IMG/VR virus record: IMGVR_UViG_3300032093_000060
Coordinates: 1 to 64,000 of that record
Strand: one strand, 5' to 3'
From: a virus
DNA length: 64,000 nucleotides
The position numbers were made by a program, and so were the translations under genes. The notes beneath the pieces were generated by a model, which was not told where the DNA came from, made no database searches, and saw only the letters and a program-made list of their open reading frames with translations. This document shows, piece after piece, positions 1-9,082 of this stretch; position 1 is the first letter of the stretch, and every line of letters starts with the position of its first letter.

Positions 1-1
1 A

Positions 2-691
2 CTGAACAAGAGAAAGCAAGCTCAGCTATTAGGTATCTTGTTTGCAGAGTATCAGATTCTTACTACAGAGCAGGCTAGTATTGTAAGACAACAGATGGAC
101 AGACCTAGTCATGTCTATGTAGATAGCAACAGCTTGTGGGCATTCTACAACTTTGTTACTATAGCTTTACAGCATTCACATCCTAAAACTTGGATGGAAG
201 ATCAACGTGTCTTGCATTATTTCATTTCTACAGTAAATAACTTCCAACAGTGCACACCATCTGCACAGATAGTTGCACCTGTTCCTGTTGTTGTTGAAGC
301 TGAGGTATCTTCAGCTGATCCTAATCAGGTAGATCTGGAAGATCTTATTGCTATTGCAGAAGCAGAAGAAGCTCAGTCAGAAACAGTAGTAACTTATACT
401 GATCCTGTGGGAAATACTTTTGAAGCTATAGATTTTCATAACGAGGTGGTTAGTGATACTACCCAATTGGAAGATCCAGAAGATGAAGAAGATCTAAATG
501 ATTGGGTAAGTCTTCCATTAGAGGAATTAGCTAAGGTGGAAGATTTTCCTGGATATGAGCCTGCAGAAGATCAAGAATATACAGGAGAGAATGCTTCACA
601 CATGAAGGGTTCAGATTTTGATATTGATAAAGATGATTTTATATTTAATATCGGGGATACTGAAGAAAATACAGACCCTGACTTTTTCTAA
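2..691 (+). CDS. DUF932/DUF3871-like phage protein with acidic C-terminal tail (5' truncated by window edge)
   Basis: Frame is open from base 2 (LNKRKQAQLLGILFAE...), so the TTG at 38 is probably not the start. SLWAFYNFVTIAL..HP..W resembles the DUF932-type C-terminus. The last ~110 aa are D/E-rich. Confidence 0.55.
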   Translation: MNKRKQAQLLGILFAEYQILTTEQASIVRQQMDRPSHVYVDSNSLWAFYNFVTIALQHSHPKTWMEDQRVLHYFISTVNNFQQCTPSAQIVAPVPVVVEAEVSSADPNQVDLEDLIAIAEAEEAQSETVVTYTDPVGNTFEAIDFHNEVVSDTTQLEDPEDEEDLNDWVSLPLEELAKVEDFPGYEPAEDQEYTGENASHMKGSDFDIDKDDFIFNIGDTEENTDPDFF

Positions 692-724
692 TACTATGTA
701 GCCATAGTTTTTTGATTTATCACC

Positions 725-760
725 AAGGGGGATGGCTTCGGCTGTCCCCCTTTTTTTTTT
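725..760 (+). terminator. Rho-independent terminator
   Basis: GGGGGATGGC-TTCG-GCTGTCCCCC stem with a cUUCGg tetraloop, followed by T10. Confidence 0.92.
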
Positions 761-771
761 AACTTTACAAC

Positions 772-1167
772 ATGAAAGAACAATTAAAAGCAGTGGCAGA
801 GTTCCACAAAGCATTCAAACAAAAAGATGGCAAGTGGCCACAACCATTAGAGCATGGAGAAGCTATTTTAAGACATAACTTAATGGCTGAAGAAAATGAT
901 GAATACCTAGAAGCATGTGAGAATAACTCACTTGTAGAGATAGCTGATGCACTAGGTGATCAGTTATATATCTTATGCGGAACCATTCTAAAACATGGTA
1001 TGCAAGATATAATAGAAGATGTGTTCAGAGAAATACAAGCAAGCAATATGAGCAAGCTTGGTGAAGACGGCAAAGCCGTAATGAGAGAGGACGGTAAAAT
1101 TTTAAAAGGACCTGGTTATTTTAAACCAAACCTTTCTAAATTTATAAAACCCAATCAAAAGAAATAG
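772..1167 (+). CDS. MazG-like NTP pyrophosphohydrolase (PRA-PH/DR2231-like)
   Basis: VAEFHKAF, EENDEY, EIADALGDQLYI, SNMSKL, REDGKILKGPGYFKP are typical of this all-alpha NTP-PPase family. Confidence 0.9.
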   Translation: MKEQLKAVAEFHKAFKQKDGKWPQPLEHGEAILRHNLMAEENDEYLEACENNSLVEIADALGDQLYILCGTILKHGMQDIIEDVFREIQASNMSKLGEDGKAVMREDGKILKGPGYFKPNLSKFIKPNQKK

Positions 1168-1294
1168 TAATTAGACCTAAAGACAGGGAAAATGTGTAGT
1201 GATCATACTCTTTACTAGGAGTATACAGTTCCCAACCAACTAGAAATCTTTCATGTGGTAGAACAAAGACAATGCTTAAATTCCACCAACTCAT
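1142..1294 (-). CDS. Small hypothetical protein, 50 aa (not in ORF track)
   Basis: MSWWNLSIVFVLPHERFLVGWELYTPSKEYDHYTFSLSLGLITISFDWVL*. Its ATG overlaps the upstream stop (ATGA coupling at 1291-1294). Confidence 0.7.
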   Translation of the reverse strand: MSWWNLSIVFVLPHERFLVGWELYTPSKEYDHYTFSLSLGLITISFDWVL

Positions 1295-1431
1295 TTTCCT
1301 TGTCTTTTATAGGTCTTTTTGTAATTCTTTGAGCTTTTTAACTTACTAGTTTTAGTTTTAGCATGTACCCCTGGACGTGATACTTTAACTTTTGTATAAG
1401 TTTTAACTGCTGCTGATGTTGCTTTTGCCAT
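1291..1431 (-). CDS. Small basic protein, 46 aa (not in ORF track)
   Basis: MAKATSAAVKTYTKVKVSRPGVHAKTKTSKLKSSKNYKKTYKRQGK*. Starts 7 nt after the 2546-aa stop, with an A-rich leader. Confidence 0.75.
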   Translation of the reverse strand: MAKATSAAVKTYTKVKVSRPGVHAKTKTSKLKSSKNYKKTYKRQGK

Positions 1432-1438
1432 TTTATTA

Positions 1439-4400
1439 TTATTTTAATCTACCTGCATTTTCTAAGCCTTCTAAGGCTATATCTACTTGACCTGTATTAC
1501 CATTAATACCTACGGTTTTTAATAAGTGACCAATAACTTTTGGAGACCCTTCTTTTTGCCATAGATATTCTCCTTGGTCAGTTTGATAATAAGCTTTTTC
1601 ATTAAATGTTATAACTTTAAATATATCTTCAAAGATTTTTACATATAAACCTATAGTGTTTCCAAATGCTGAAGTTGTTGTAGTTGCCATCTTCATATAA
1701 TCATCTGCTCCAAAGTTTACACCAAACATTGTAGGTAGTGGAACAAAAGCTGATGTTTCAGCCTGTGCACCTAATAACAATAACAATGCATGATTTTGTA
1801 TAAAGCCCCAAGTTTTAAACTCATCAGTACCAAAAGCACCTGATCTTTCTCTTATTTTTTTAAACCTGTCTGGATCATCTGGATCATATCCCCACAACAT
1901 TGAAGCTAATAGAGCCATTGTTATAATAAATAATGATTCAGTCAAGGTTCTCATTAAGTCTGCTTTTTGATCAGCAGGCATATATGACCAATACTTTCCT
2001 TTACTTTTGATTAATTCTTTCATGCCTAAAAAAGCATTTATGTAAAAACCAATAGTTGTTTTGGTAGTCATCCAATCATATCTCTTATTAAACTTAGGCT
2101 TGTACCATTTACCATCTTGAATTTCTACTGATGCTCCAAATCTATTTGTAAACATTGGAATAAACCATTTTCTCATGAAGGTAAACATTCTATATGGTAA
2201 ATATAAATTACCTTCTGATTGAGCAAATTTATCATATGAACCATATAGTCTATGTGATACTCCTTGAAATTTATTTCTAAAAAGTTTAAACTTTTCAGAT
2301 TTAGCAATTATAATCTCTTGACCATCTTCAAATTCAATAGCATCAACTACTTTATTTCTTTGTTGTAGTTCTTCTACAATAACACCATACATCTTAGCAA
2401 TATCTTCAAGAGTTTGACCTTTTACATAGTCATGATATATGGTTTTATTACTCCAAGCAGGATCTACACCTGGCTTTAATTCAGCTATACCAGTATCTTT
2501 ATTTATCTGCCAAGCATCCTTGTAGTTAAGCATTATAGTCTTACCATTTGATAATTTTTGCTCTACTTTTTGAGCATTTAAGAATGCACCAAACAATTGC
2601 AAAGATGCTTCCATCTCAAGGTTTTTACGGATGTTATACATCCATTCACCATTCATCATATCTTTTGCAAAGTTTCTAGATACTGATCTACCAAAATCAT
2701 CCTCAATTTTAAATGCTGAATCAAACATCTCTATTAACTGAGATGATAATGCAGGTGTACCTTTACTATACACACTCTTTGCAGACCATTCTAACATAGT
2801 AGTTGCTGCCCAAAGTCTGGCTTTAGCTAAATCTTTTACAGTAATAAATTCTCCACCAGCAGACTCAATCATATTTTGTACAATCTGTCCGTATCTGTTT
2901 TTTAAATCTGAAGGAATATTAATTGCAAGAGATGCTCTAGCAGAAAGCTTTTGCATTTGACCAATAAACTTATCTAAATAAACTGAGCTTCCTTCACCAC
3001 TGTATTGTTTACCATAGTATTCTCTTTCAATTAAAGATCTTACTTGACCAGCTCTATTATTTGAAGCTCCCGGTTTAGTTGTATGAACTAATTTACCTTT
3101 TATTCTATTTAGTGTTTTACTATAAGTATTAGGACTTTTAGGAGCATTAGCAGGATCTTCTAATGTATCTAGTATAGATTGAACAAGAGGAAGAGTTTGT
3201 AATAACTGACTCTGTTGCTCTAAAGACAATAAATACTTAAACATACCACGAACCACATCAGGATCAGTATTATCTACATCAATGTTATATAATCCAGAAA
3301 CAGGTATATAAGATATCTCCTCAGAATTAAGATCAGTGTTTACTAATCTATATTCTTCAAGGTTATTATCTCTCTCATAGTTGTGTTCTCTTTCACCTTC
3401 ATCTACTGATTTACCCCATGAATCTCTTAGATATTGGCCAACACCTTTTTTGATTTGATTATATCTTTCAGAAATTTCTCCAGATTGTATTCTAGTTAAT
3501 GAATCTCTTAGAATATATCTTGGCATATCTAAGTATAGCTTAGACTTATTAGATTTATCTTCTTGGAATTCTAAATGTGCATCCTTCATCAATTTTAATA
3601 ATTGAAATCTAGCACTAGTAGTCTGCTCTTTTAGACGCATGTAATCTTTATTGATATACTTGTCATCTTTGGCTGAATTAGAATCATTTACATTAGTAAA
3701 CAACCTAGGTAGGTACTGACCTTTATTGTCAATATGTACACCAACTTCTAATTCTACTTCTCCGGTTTTTGAATTATAGCCTGTTCTATACTTATCTTTT
3801 ACTCTATACTGTGAGTGTCTTGCATTTGGTAAGCCGTTAAATGTTTCCTCTTCACCAGTTAACTCATTAAGAAGCGTTGTTTTTTCATAATACTTCTCAT
3901 TCTTAGGAATAGAGATTGAATTAGCCATTGTTCTTTCATATCTAAGTTCTAGCTTTCGAGTTTTATTATTTTTTACTTTTCTGCTAACATGGTTATCTCT
4001 AAACCAATCAACTAACTTACCATCAGTACTTAATAAGTTACGCATTTCTTGACCATTAATAAATGCATCTACTTCATCTTCAGTAACTGTTGCTACTTCT
4101 AGTCTTTGTAGATGTTCATTTAATGAATCAATATAATATTCAGTAGGTGTTTTTCTTGTAAGAGATGATAACTCTGCATAGATATTCTGCATCAATGCTA
4201 CTTCTCCAATAGATAATCCAGACTTGGCTTGTTTTTCAAGTAATTGTCTATATCTTAACTTTTGTTCATCATTTAATTTATCAGATCCTTTTTTAGTTAA
4301 TGCAATATATAAATCAAGTTCCTCAGCTTCATCTCTTGACAAACCAGTTTTTGTATCAAACTTAGCTTTATAGTCAATAATTTCTTGATTAAGTTTTTTA

Positions 4401-7400
4401 ATCATCTTCATTTTCTCAGCACCTAATAACTCTGGTACTGGTTGTCCTTGCTCATCTTTATAAGCATACATGAGGTTATATATTTGATCAAAAGCATTGC
4501 TCATGTCAAATTCTTCACCCATTACTTTTACAATTTTTGATTGAAGCTCTCTTAACTTTGTAGTTAAATCTTTTCTTGAATCATAAAATTCTTGTGTATA
4601 TGCAACCCTTAAGTTTTGTTTAAGCCAGTCTTGTTTTGCTTTTTCTAATTCATCAGCAGTAAGATCTTCTTGATCTTTTAAACTTAAAAATTCATTATAA
4701 GCAGTTTGTAATGAACCAGCTCTAGGTATAAACTCATAATAATCTCCTGATGCAGCTCTATGTTCTAAAAGTATTCTTGTGATTGATAAATCATAAACAT
4801 CATTAGCTGGATCATCAACTTTTTCAGTACCATCTGGATATGTTAATGAGTAAAGATTTCTATAATCTCTCCATAGTTCTTGAAGAGTAGAATACTTTTG
4901 AAATCTTTCAAGCTCATCACTTAATTCATTTGATTCATTATTGTATGCGTCAAGTGCCATTTTTCTAGTAAGCCAAGCTCTCTTACCTAGATCTCCATAC
5001 TTATCAAATATATTATCTTTCTCATAAACTTCAGGAATAAACTCATCATGCATGTAGTCTCTCTTGAACTGTCTTAATGCATTTGTTGCTTCCTTAATTT
5101 TTTCTTGATCTTCTGTAGACCATGCTTCATCAACCTGATACTCTAAAAGATCTTGTGCATATCTCCAACCATTACCAAATTCATTTAAGAAAGTAAATAC
5201 TTCTTTCTCAACAGGTTTTTTTGTTTTTGGATCAATGAATAAGATCTTATCCTTAAACATTAATAAATCTGTAAGCTGTCTTGTTTTTAAAGTATTATAT
5301 CCAACTCGTTCTAATAATGGTTCAAGTTGTTTCCTAAATTTATATGATTTTTCAAGGGCCCTGTTATTAGCTTCTGTTCTTTGATCATTAATAAAAATAG
5401 CTAATCCACCTACTATAGGATCATTACTAGATGTATAGCTCTCAAAGAATCTATTGAACCAACTTACATCTTTTAATTTACCTGACAAACCATCAGTAAT
5501 TTTATCTTGGTTCATCAAGAAGGTATTATAGTCATCTATAAACTTCTTAATGTATTCAGGCTTAACTCCTTTCTTTTCATACTTGGCATATAGCTCTTCA
5601 TAATCTTCTGGAGTCAATGTTTGTGTAACCGCACCATTATATAGCTCTTCTATCTCTGTGGGAGTAAGTTTCCCAGTTAATGCATTTTTTAAATTCTTAC
5701 CAAGTTCTTCTTTTAAGAAGTCATTCATGTGACCTGTTATCTCAACATAGAAGTTAACTGCATTTTCTTTATAGATGTCACGGATTTTTTTATCAGCCCG
5801 CATCAAGTTGTTTTTAGTTTCATTAACTAAGTCAACAAGATCATTTGGTTGTGTAACATCAAAACCTTCAACTTCCATTAAGAGCTCATCAAATGTATTG
5901 AACATATCATTATATGATCTAACTGAGCTTCTGTATAAAAATAAAAGTGCCATTGCATCTCGGGAAGAATCAAACTGCCCACTCTTCTGCATCTTAACAA
6001 GATCATTAAAGATGTTCTGAGAAATATTATTTACAACAGTAACACTGTTTACAAAACTTCTTGCTCTGTTAGTTAAGTCCGTAGTTCTTGCTTTTTCTGC
6101 TTCAACAGTGTTTTTTATAATTTCATCAATTGATAGATCTTGAGTATTAGTTATGGTTTGATATCCACTAAGACTCTTTTTTACTCTTGGTGTTAACTCT
6201 TTAGTACCTTTAATAAATAAGGCTTCTCTTAACATTTTTTGGTAAAGCGGAGATCTTGTTCTAAAGTTCTTAGCTTTATCATATACTAATTGATTAGTTG
6301 CATATAAATCATTAAGAGAGTTCTGTATTTGATCAGCCTTTAAATTTTTAGTTAAAGAATCTGCCATAGCTTTTATTTCTCTGGCATATGCAAAGACATC
6401 ATCATTAGTAACATTAGGAGTTTCATACTTAAATGATTTTTCCAAAAGCATATCAGCTAATTCATCAATGCTTGTATCAACATCTATTTTTGCTACACTA
6501 ACTTTAAAGATTCTTTTTAATAGATTTCTTAAACTATCAAGCATCTTTCTTATAAAAGATTCAAATCCTTCAGATTCAATTTGTTCAGTTACTTTATTAG
6601 CAGCTCTAGTCTGTAATGCATATGCTAATGCTTCCTCTTTAAATAAGAAATTATTCTCATCTAATTCTGGATAGTTCATTTCCACATGCTCTTTAATTCT
6701 TTTACCTTCTAATGTTGCCATTAGAGAATCATAAAGATTATTAAATAAAGTAGGATTCTCTCTATAAATAGCTCTAAGTAAAGGGTGAGACATCTCGTGA
6801 AGTACTGTATCAAAGTTTACATTATCCCCAACAATGTATACGGTTCCTCCAAAGTAAAAAGCTGGTTCACCATTATATTTTTTCTTACTTGATTCATGTA
6901 TTTGTCTAGCTTGTTCTGCTGTAATGTTCATGTATCTTACACCCAGTCCTTCAGCAAGTCTATTACCTAATGCATCTGCTGCTTCTCTAGCTCTTGCATT
7001 TTTAATTGTTGCTTCATCAATCTTTGAATCAGCTGGATCTGACATGCTTGTAAATTTATCATTTGCAAAAGTAAAATATCTAAATCCTTTATTGGTAAAC
7101 TTATATCTATCTTCAAAGAAAGGGTCGAAATAAATAAGGTCAGTTAAGTCTTTACCTCTACCCATATTTATTTTTGCTTCAAAGATCTGTTTCCAATCTA
7201 AGTAGTAATTATCAAATACTAATGGATATTTACCCTCATCAGTTCTTAAAAAGAAATCAAGAACATATCTTTTAGGCAGTACTTTACCATTATCGGAAGC
7301 TTTAAAAAAGTTAGCTGCCCCACTACCATCTGCACCTTCTACAAGTACTGTTTCAGTTGGATGTTCAACATATCCAGAAATAGTTATTGATTCACCTTTC

Positions 7401-9079
7401 TTATGATCTTTACCAATAAAAGCAACTTCAAAATTCCAAGTTGGAAACAACTCCTTTAAGTTTTTATACCAAGATTGCTCTTCAAGAAATGGCATCATTT
7501 CTCTAACAAACTTTTCACTGTTTCTTTTACTTCTTTTTTTACTTAAAGGTAATCCTGTCTCTTGAATCCACTTTAAAAATTCCTCAGAATTTTTTTCACT
7601 TCTAAATTGTTCAAGAGTTATAATACCATCTATATCATGTAATTCTTCACTAATTGATCTTAGAACTCTACCATACTTTCTAAGTACTAATGAACCACTT
7701 AATTTATAGTCAAAAGGTGAGTCAAATAAAGTGTCAACTATATACTTTGCATAATCATCTCTTTGAAGACTTGTTTTATAAAATTTTTGCTCATATTCTT
7801 TACCCTTGTTATCAAAGAAATTTCCAGATTCATCTTGATAATAGTTTCTAATAAATTTTTGATATTGCTTTTTATATACATCATCTACAATGTCAAGAAC
7901 AGTATTTCTAAGTTCTTCTTCTTTATATATAGTAATGGCTTTATTGTTAAGAATATTAGCCTGCCACCAGTTATAAAACCTATTCCACATTTTTAAAAAC
8001 CAATTCTCAGCATACTTATCTTTATAACCTAAGCTTTCAAAGTATTCTTTACTGATATCAGGATTTTGTTTTTTATTCCCAAAATAATTGTTATCAACAC
8101 CAACAACAATCATTTCTGCTACAAATTCTAGTATAGCTTGTTTATGAGCATATGGATTAAATCTTGTTGGATCATACTCATATACTTTATCAATTAAATC
8201 TTTAGCTTGTCTATCTTCAAGATAAGGTGTATCTACATATACATCATCTTCTTCTTCAGCTAGATAATCAATTTCTTCTTTTGATGTTTCTTCCGTAGTA
8301 TTTTTACGTTTGTTATACTTTTCATAGACCTCTTTATATTTGGGCCAACTATCAATTCCTTTCCAAAGTTCAATACCAAGTTTAGACTTTTTACCTAAGA
8401 AACTAACAATAACATTAGCTGTTTGCATAGCCATGTCTTTGTCAGATATATTTTCTTTAATTGCTAAGAACTTTTGTAATAAATCAAAAGCTGCTAATGG
8501 ATCCTCTTTAACTATAGTATTACCATTAGCATCAGTATAAGTTCTTCTTTTAATAGGGACCAATACTGCATCAGCATCAATTTCATCTACTTTGATATTT
8601 AATCCTTTCATAAATGAAAGCATTGCTGCTCTCATTTTTTTAGAATACTCTCTATTTAAACTTTCTGTTGAGAAAGTTTTTCTCATGTACATTGGATCTA
8701 ATGACTCATCTGGTGGAAAGTATGCTTCTGGTTCTTTTAAAATATCAAAATCATTCTCAGCTATTTTTACTTCCTCTTCAAATCTCAATTTATCTAATGA
8801 ATCAAACAATGCATCATTAGGTTGTACAAAAAGTCTTACACTGTATGTATCTCTATAGTATGCAGAAGATCTAGTAAGTTTTGTTTTTACTTCATAAGGA
8901 TCATCAAAAAAATATTCACCTTGAGGAATTTTTATATCTGGATATTTAAGCTCTATAAATCTTGTGAACTCTTTATTAAAAGTATCAAATGCATTTTTAT
9001 CTAAAATATCATTATACTCACCAAGTATACCCTTTTGTTTTAAATCTTCTAAAACTGTTGACTTAGATTCACAATACAT
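1439..9079 (-). CDS. Giant polyvalent virion cargo/ejection protein (nucleotidyltransferase, zincin HExxH, LysM, C-terminal hydrophobic region)
   Basis: 2546 aa. SGS...HDIDG near 7620-7705, HEMSH at 6785-6799, LysM-like VKGQTLEDIAKMYGV..EELQQRN at ~2307-2434, C-terminal FMRKWFIPMF and a TM-like helix. Lies next to the virion RNAP as in crAss-like phages. Confidence 0.75.
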   Translation of the reverse strand: MYCESKSTVLEDLKQKGILGEYNDILDKNAFDTFNKEFTRFIELKYPDIKIPQGEYFFDDPYEVKTKLTRSSAYYRDTYSVRLFVQPNDALFDSLDKLRFEEEVKIAENDFDILKEPEAYFPPDESLDPMYMRKTFSTESLNREYSKKMRAAMLSFMKGLNIKVDEIDADAVLVPIKRRTYTDANGNTIVKEDPLAAFDLLQKFLAIKENISDKDMAMQTANVIVSFLGKKSKLGIELWKGIDSWPKYKEVYEKYNKRKNTTEETSKEEIDYLAEEEDDVYVDTPYLEDRQAKDLIDKVYEYDPTRFNPYAHKQAILEFVAEMIVVGVDNNYFGNKKQNPDISKEYFESLGYKDKYAENWFLKMWNRFYNWWQANILNNKAITIYKEEELRNTVLDIVDDVYKKQYQKFIRNYYQDESGNFFDNKGKEYEQKFYKTSLQRDDYAKYIVDTLFDSPFDYKLSGSLVLRKYGRVLRSISEELHDIDGIITLEQFRSEKNSEEFLKWIQETGLPLSKKRSKRNSEKFVREMMPFLEEQSWYKNLKELFPTWNFEVAFIGKDHKKGESITISGYVEHPTETVLVEGADGSGAANFFKASDNGKVLPKRYVLDFFLRTDEGKYPLVFDNYYLDWKQIFEAKINMGRGKDLTDLIYFDPFFEDRYKFTNKGFRYFTFANDKFTSMSDPADSKIDEATIKNARAREAADALGNRLAEGLGVRYMNITAEQARQIHESSKKKYNGEPAFYFGGTVYIVGDNVNFDTVLHEMSHPLLRAIYRENPTLFNNLYDSLMATLEGKRIKEHVEMNYPELDENNFLFKEEALAYALQTRAANKVTEQIESEGFESFIRKMLDSLRNLLKRIFKVSVAKIDVDTSIDELADMLLEKSFKYETPNVTNDDVFAYAREIKAMADSLTKNLKADQIQNSLNDLYATNQLVYDKAKNFRTRSPLYQKMLREALFIKGTKELTPRVKKSLSGYQTITNTQDLSIDEIIKNTVEAEKARTTDLTNRARSFVNSVTVVNNISQNIFNDLVKMQKSGQFDSSRDAMALLFLYRSSVRSYNDMFNTFDELLMEVEGFDVTQPNDLVDLVNETKNNLMRADKKIRDIYKENAVNFYVEITGHMNDFLKEELGKNLKNALTGKLTPTEIEELYNGAVTQTLTPEDYEELYAKYEKKGVKPEYIKKFIDDYNTFLMNQDKITDGLSGKLKDVSWFNRFFESYTSSNDPIVGGLAIFINDQRTEANNRALEKSYKFRKQLEPLLERVGYNTLKTRQLTDLLMFKDKILFIDPKTKKPVEKEVFTFLNEFGNGWRYAQDLLEYQVDEAWSTEDQEKIKEATNALRQFKRDYMHDEFIPEVYEKDNIFDKYGDLGKRAWLTRKMALDAYNNESNELSDELERFQKYSTLQELWRDYRNLYSLTYPDGTEKVDDPANDVYDLSITRILLEHRAASGDYYEFIPRAGSLQTAYNEFLSLKDQEDLTADELEKAKQDWLKQNLRVAYTQEFYDSRKDLTTKLRELQSKIVKVMGEEFDMSNAFDQIYNLMYAYKDEQGQPVPELLGAEKMKMIKKLNQEIIDYKAKFDTKTGLSRDEAEELDLYIALTKKGSDKLNDEQKLRYRQLLEKQAKSGLSIGEVALMQNIYAELSSLTRKTPTEYYIDSLNEHLQRLEVATVTEDEVDAFINGQEMRNLLSTDGKLVDWFRDNHVSRKVKNNKTRKLELRYERTMANSISIPKNEKYYEKTTLLNELTGEEETFNGLPNARHSQYRVKDKYRTGYNSKTGEVELEVGVHIDNKGQYLPRLFTNVNDSNSAKDDKYINKDYMRLKEQTTSARFQLLKLMKDAHLEFQEDKSNKSKLYLDMPRYILRDSLTRIQSGEISERYNQIKKGVGQYLRDSWGKSVDEGEREHNYERDNNLEEYRLVNTDLNSEEISYIPVSGLYNIDVDNTDPDVVRGMFKYLLSLEQQSQLLQTLPLVQSILDTLEDPANAPKSPNTYSKTLNRIKGKLVHTTKPGASNNRAGQVRSLIEREYYGKQYSGEGSSVYLDKFIGQMQKLSARASLAINIPSDLKNRYGQIVQNMIESAGGEFITVKDLAKARLWAATTMLEWSAKSVYSKGTPALSSQLIEMFDSAFKIEDDFGRSVSRNFAKDMMNGEWMYNIRKNLEMEASLQLFGAFLNAQKVEQKLSNGKTIMLNYKDAWQINKDTGIAELKPGVDPAWSNKTIYHDYVKGQTLEDIAKMYGVIVEELQQRNKVVDAIEFEDGQEIIIAKSEKFKLFRNKFQGVSHRLYGSYDKFAQSEGNLYLPYRMFTFMRKWFIPMFTNRFGASVEIQDGKWYKPKFNKRYDWMTTKTTIGFYINAFLGMKELIKSKGKYWSYMPADQKADLMRTLTESLFIITMALLASMLWGYDPDDPDRFKKIRERSGAFGTDEFKTWGFIQNHALLLLLGAQAETSAFVPLPTMFGVNFGADDYMKMATTTTSAFGNTIGLYVKIFEDIFKVITFNEKAYYQTDQGEYLWQKEGSPKVIGHLLKTVGINGNTGQVDIALEGLENAGRLK

Positions 9080-9082
9080 TAC

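Noticed and set aside
611-814. 67-aa - strand ORF
   Set aside because: It runs antisense across two real genes and the terminator, with no plausible product.
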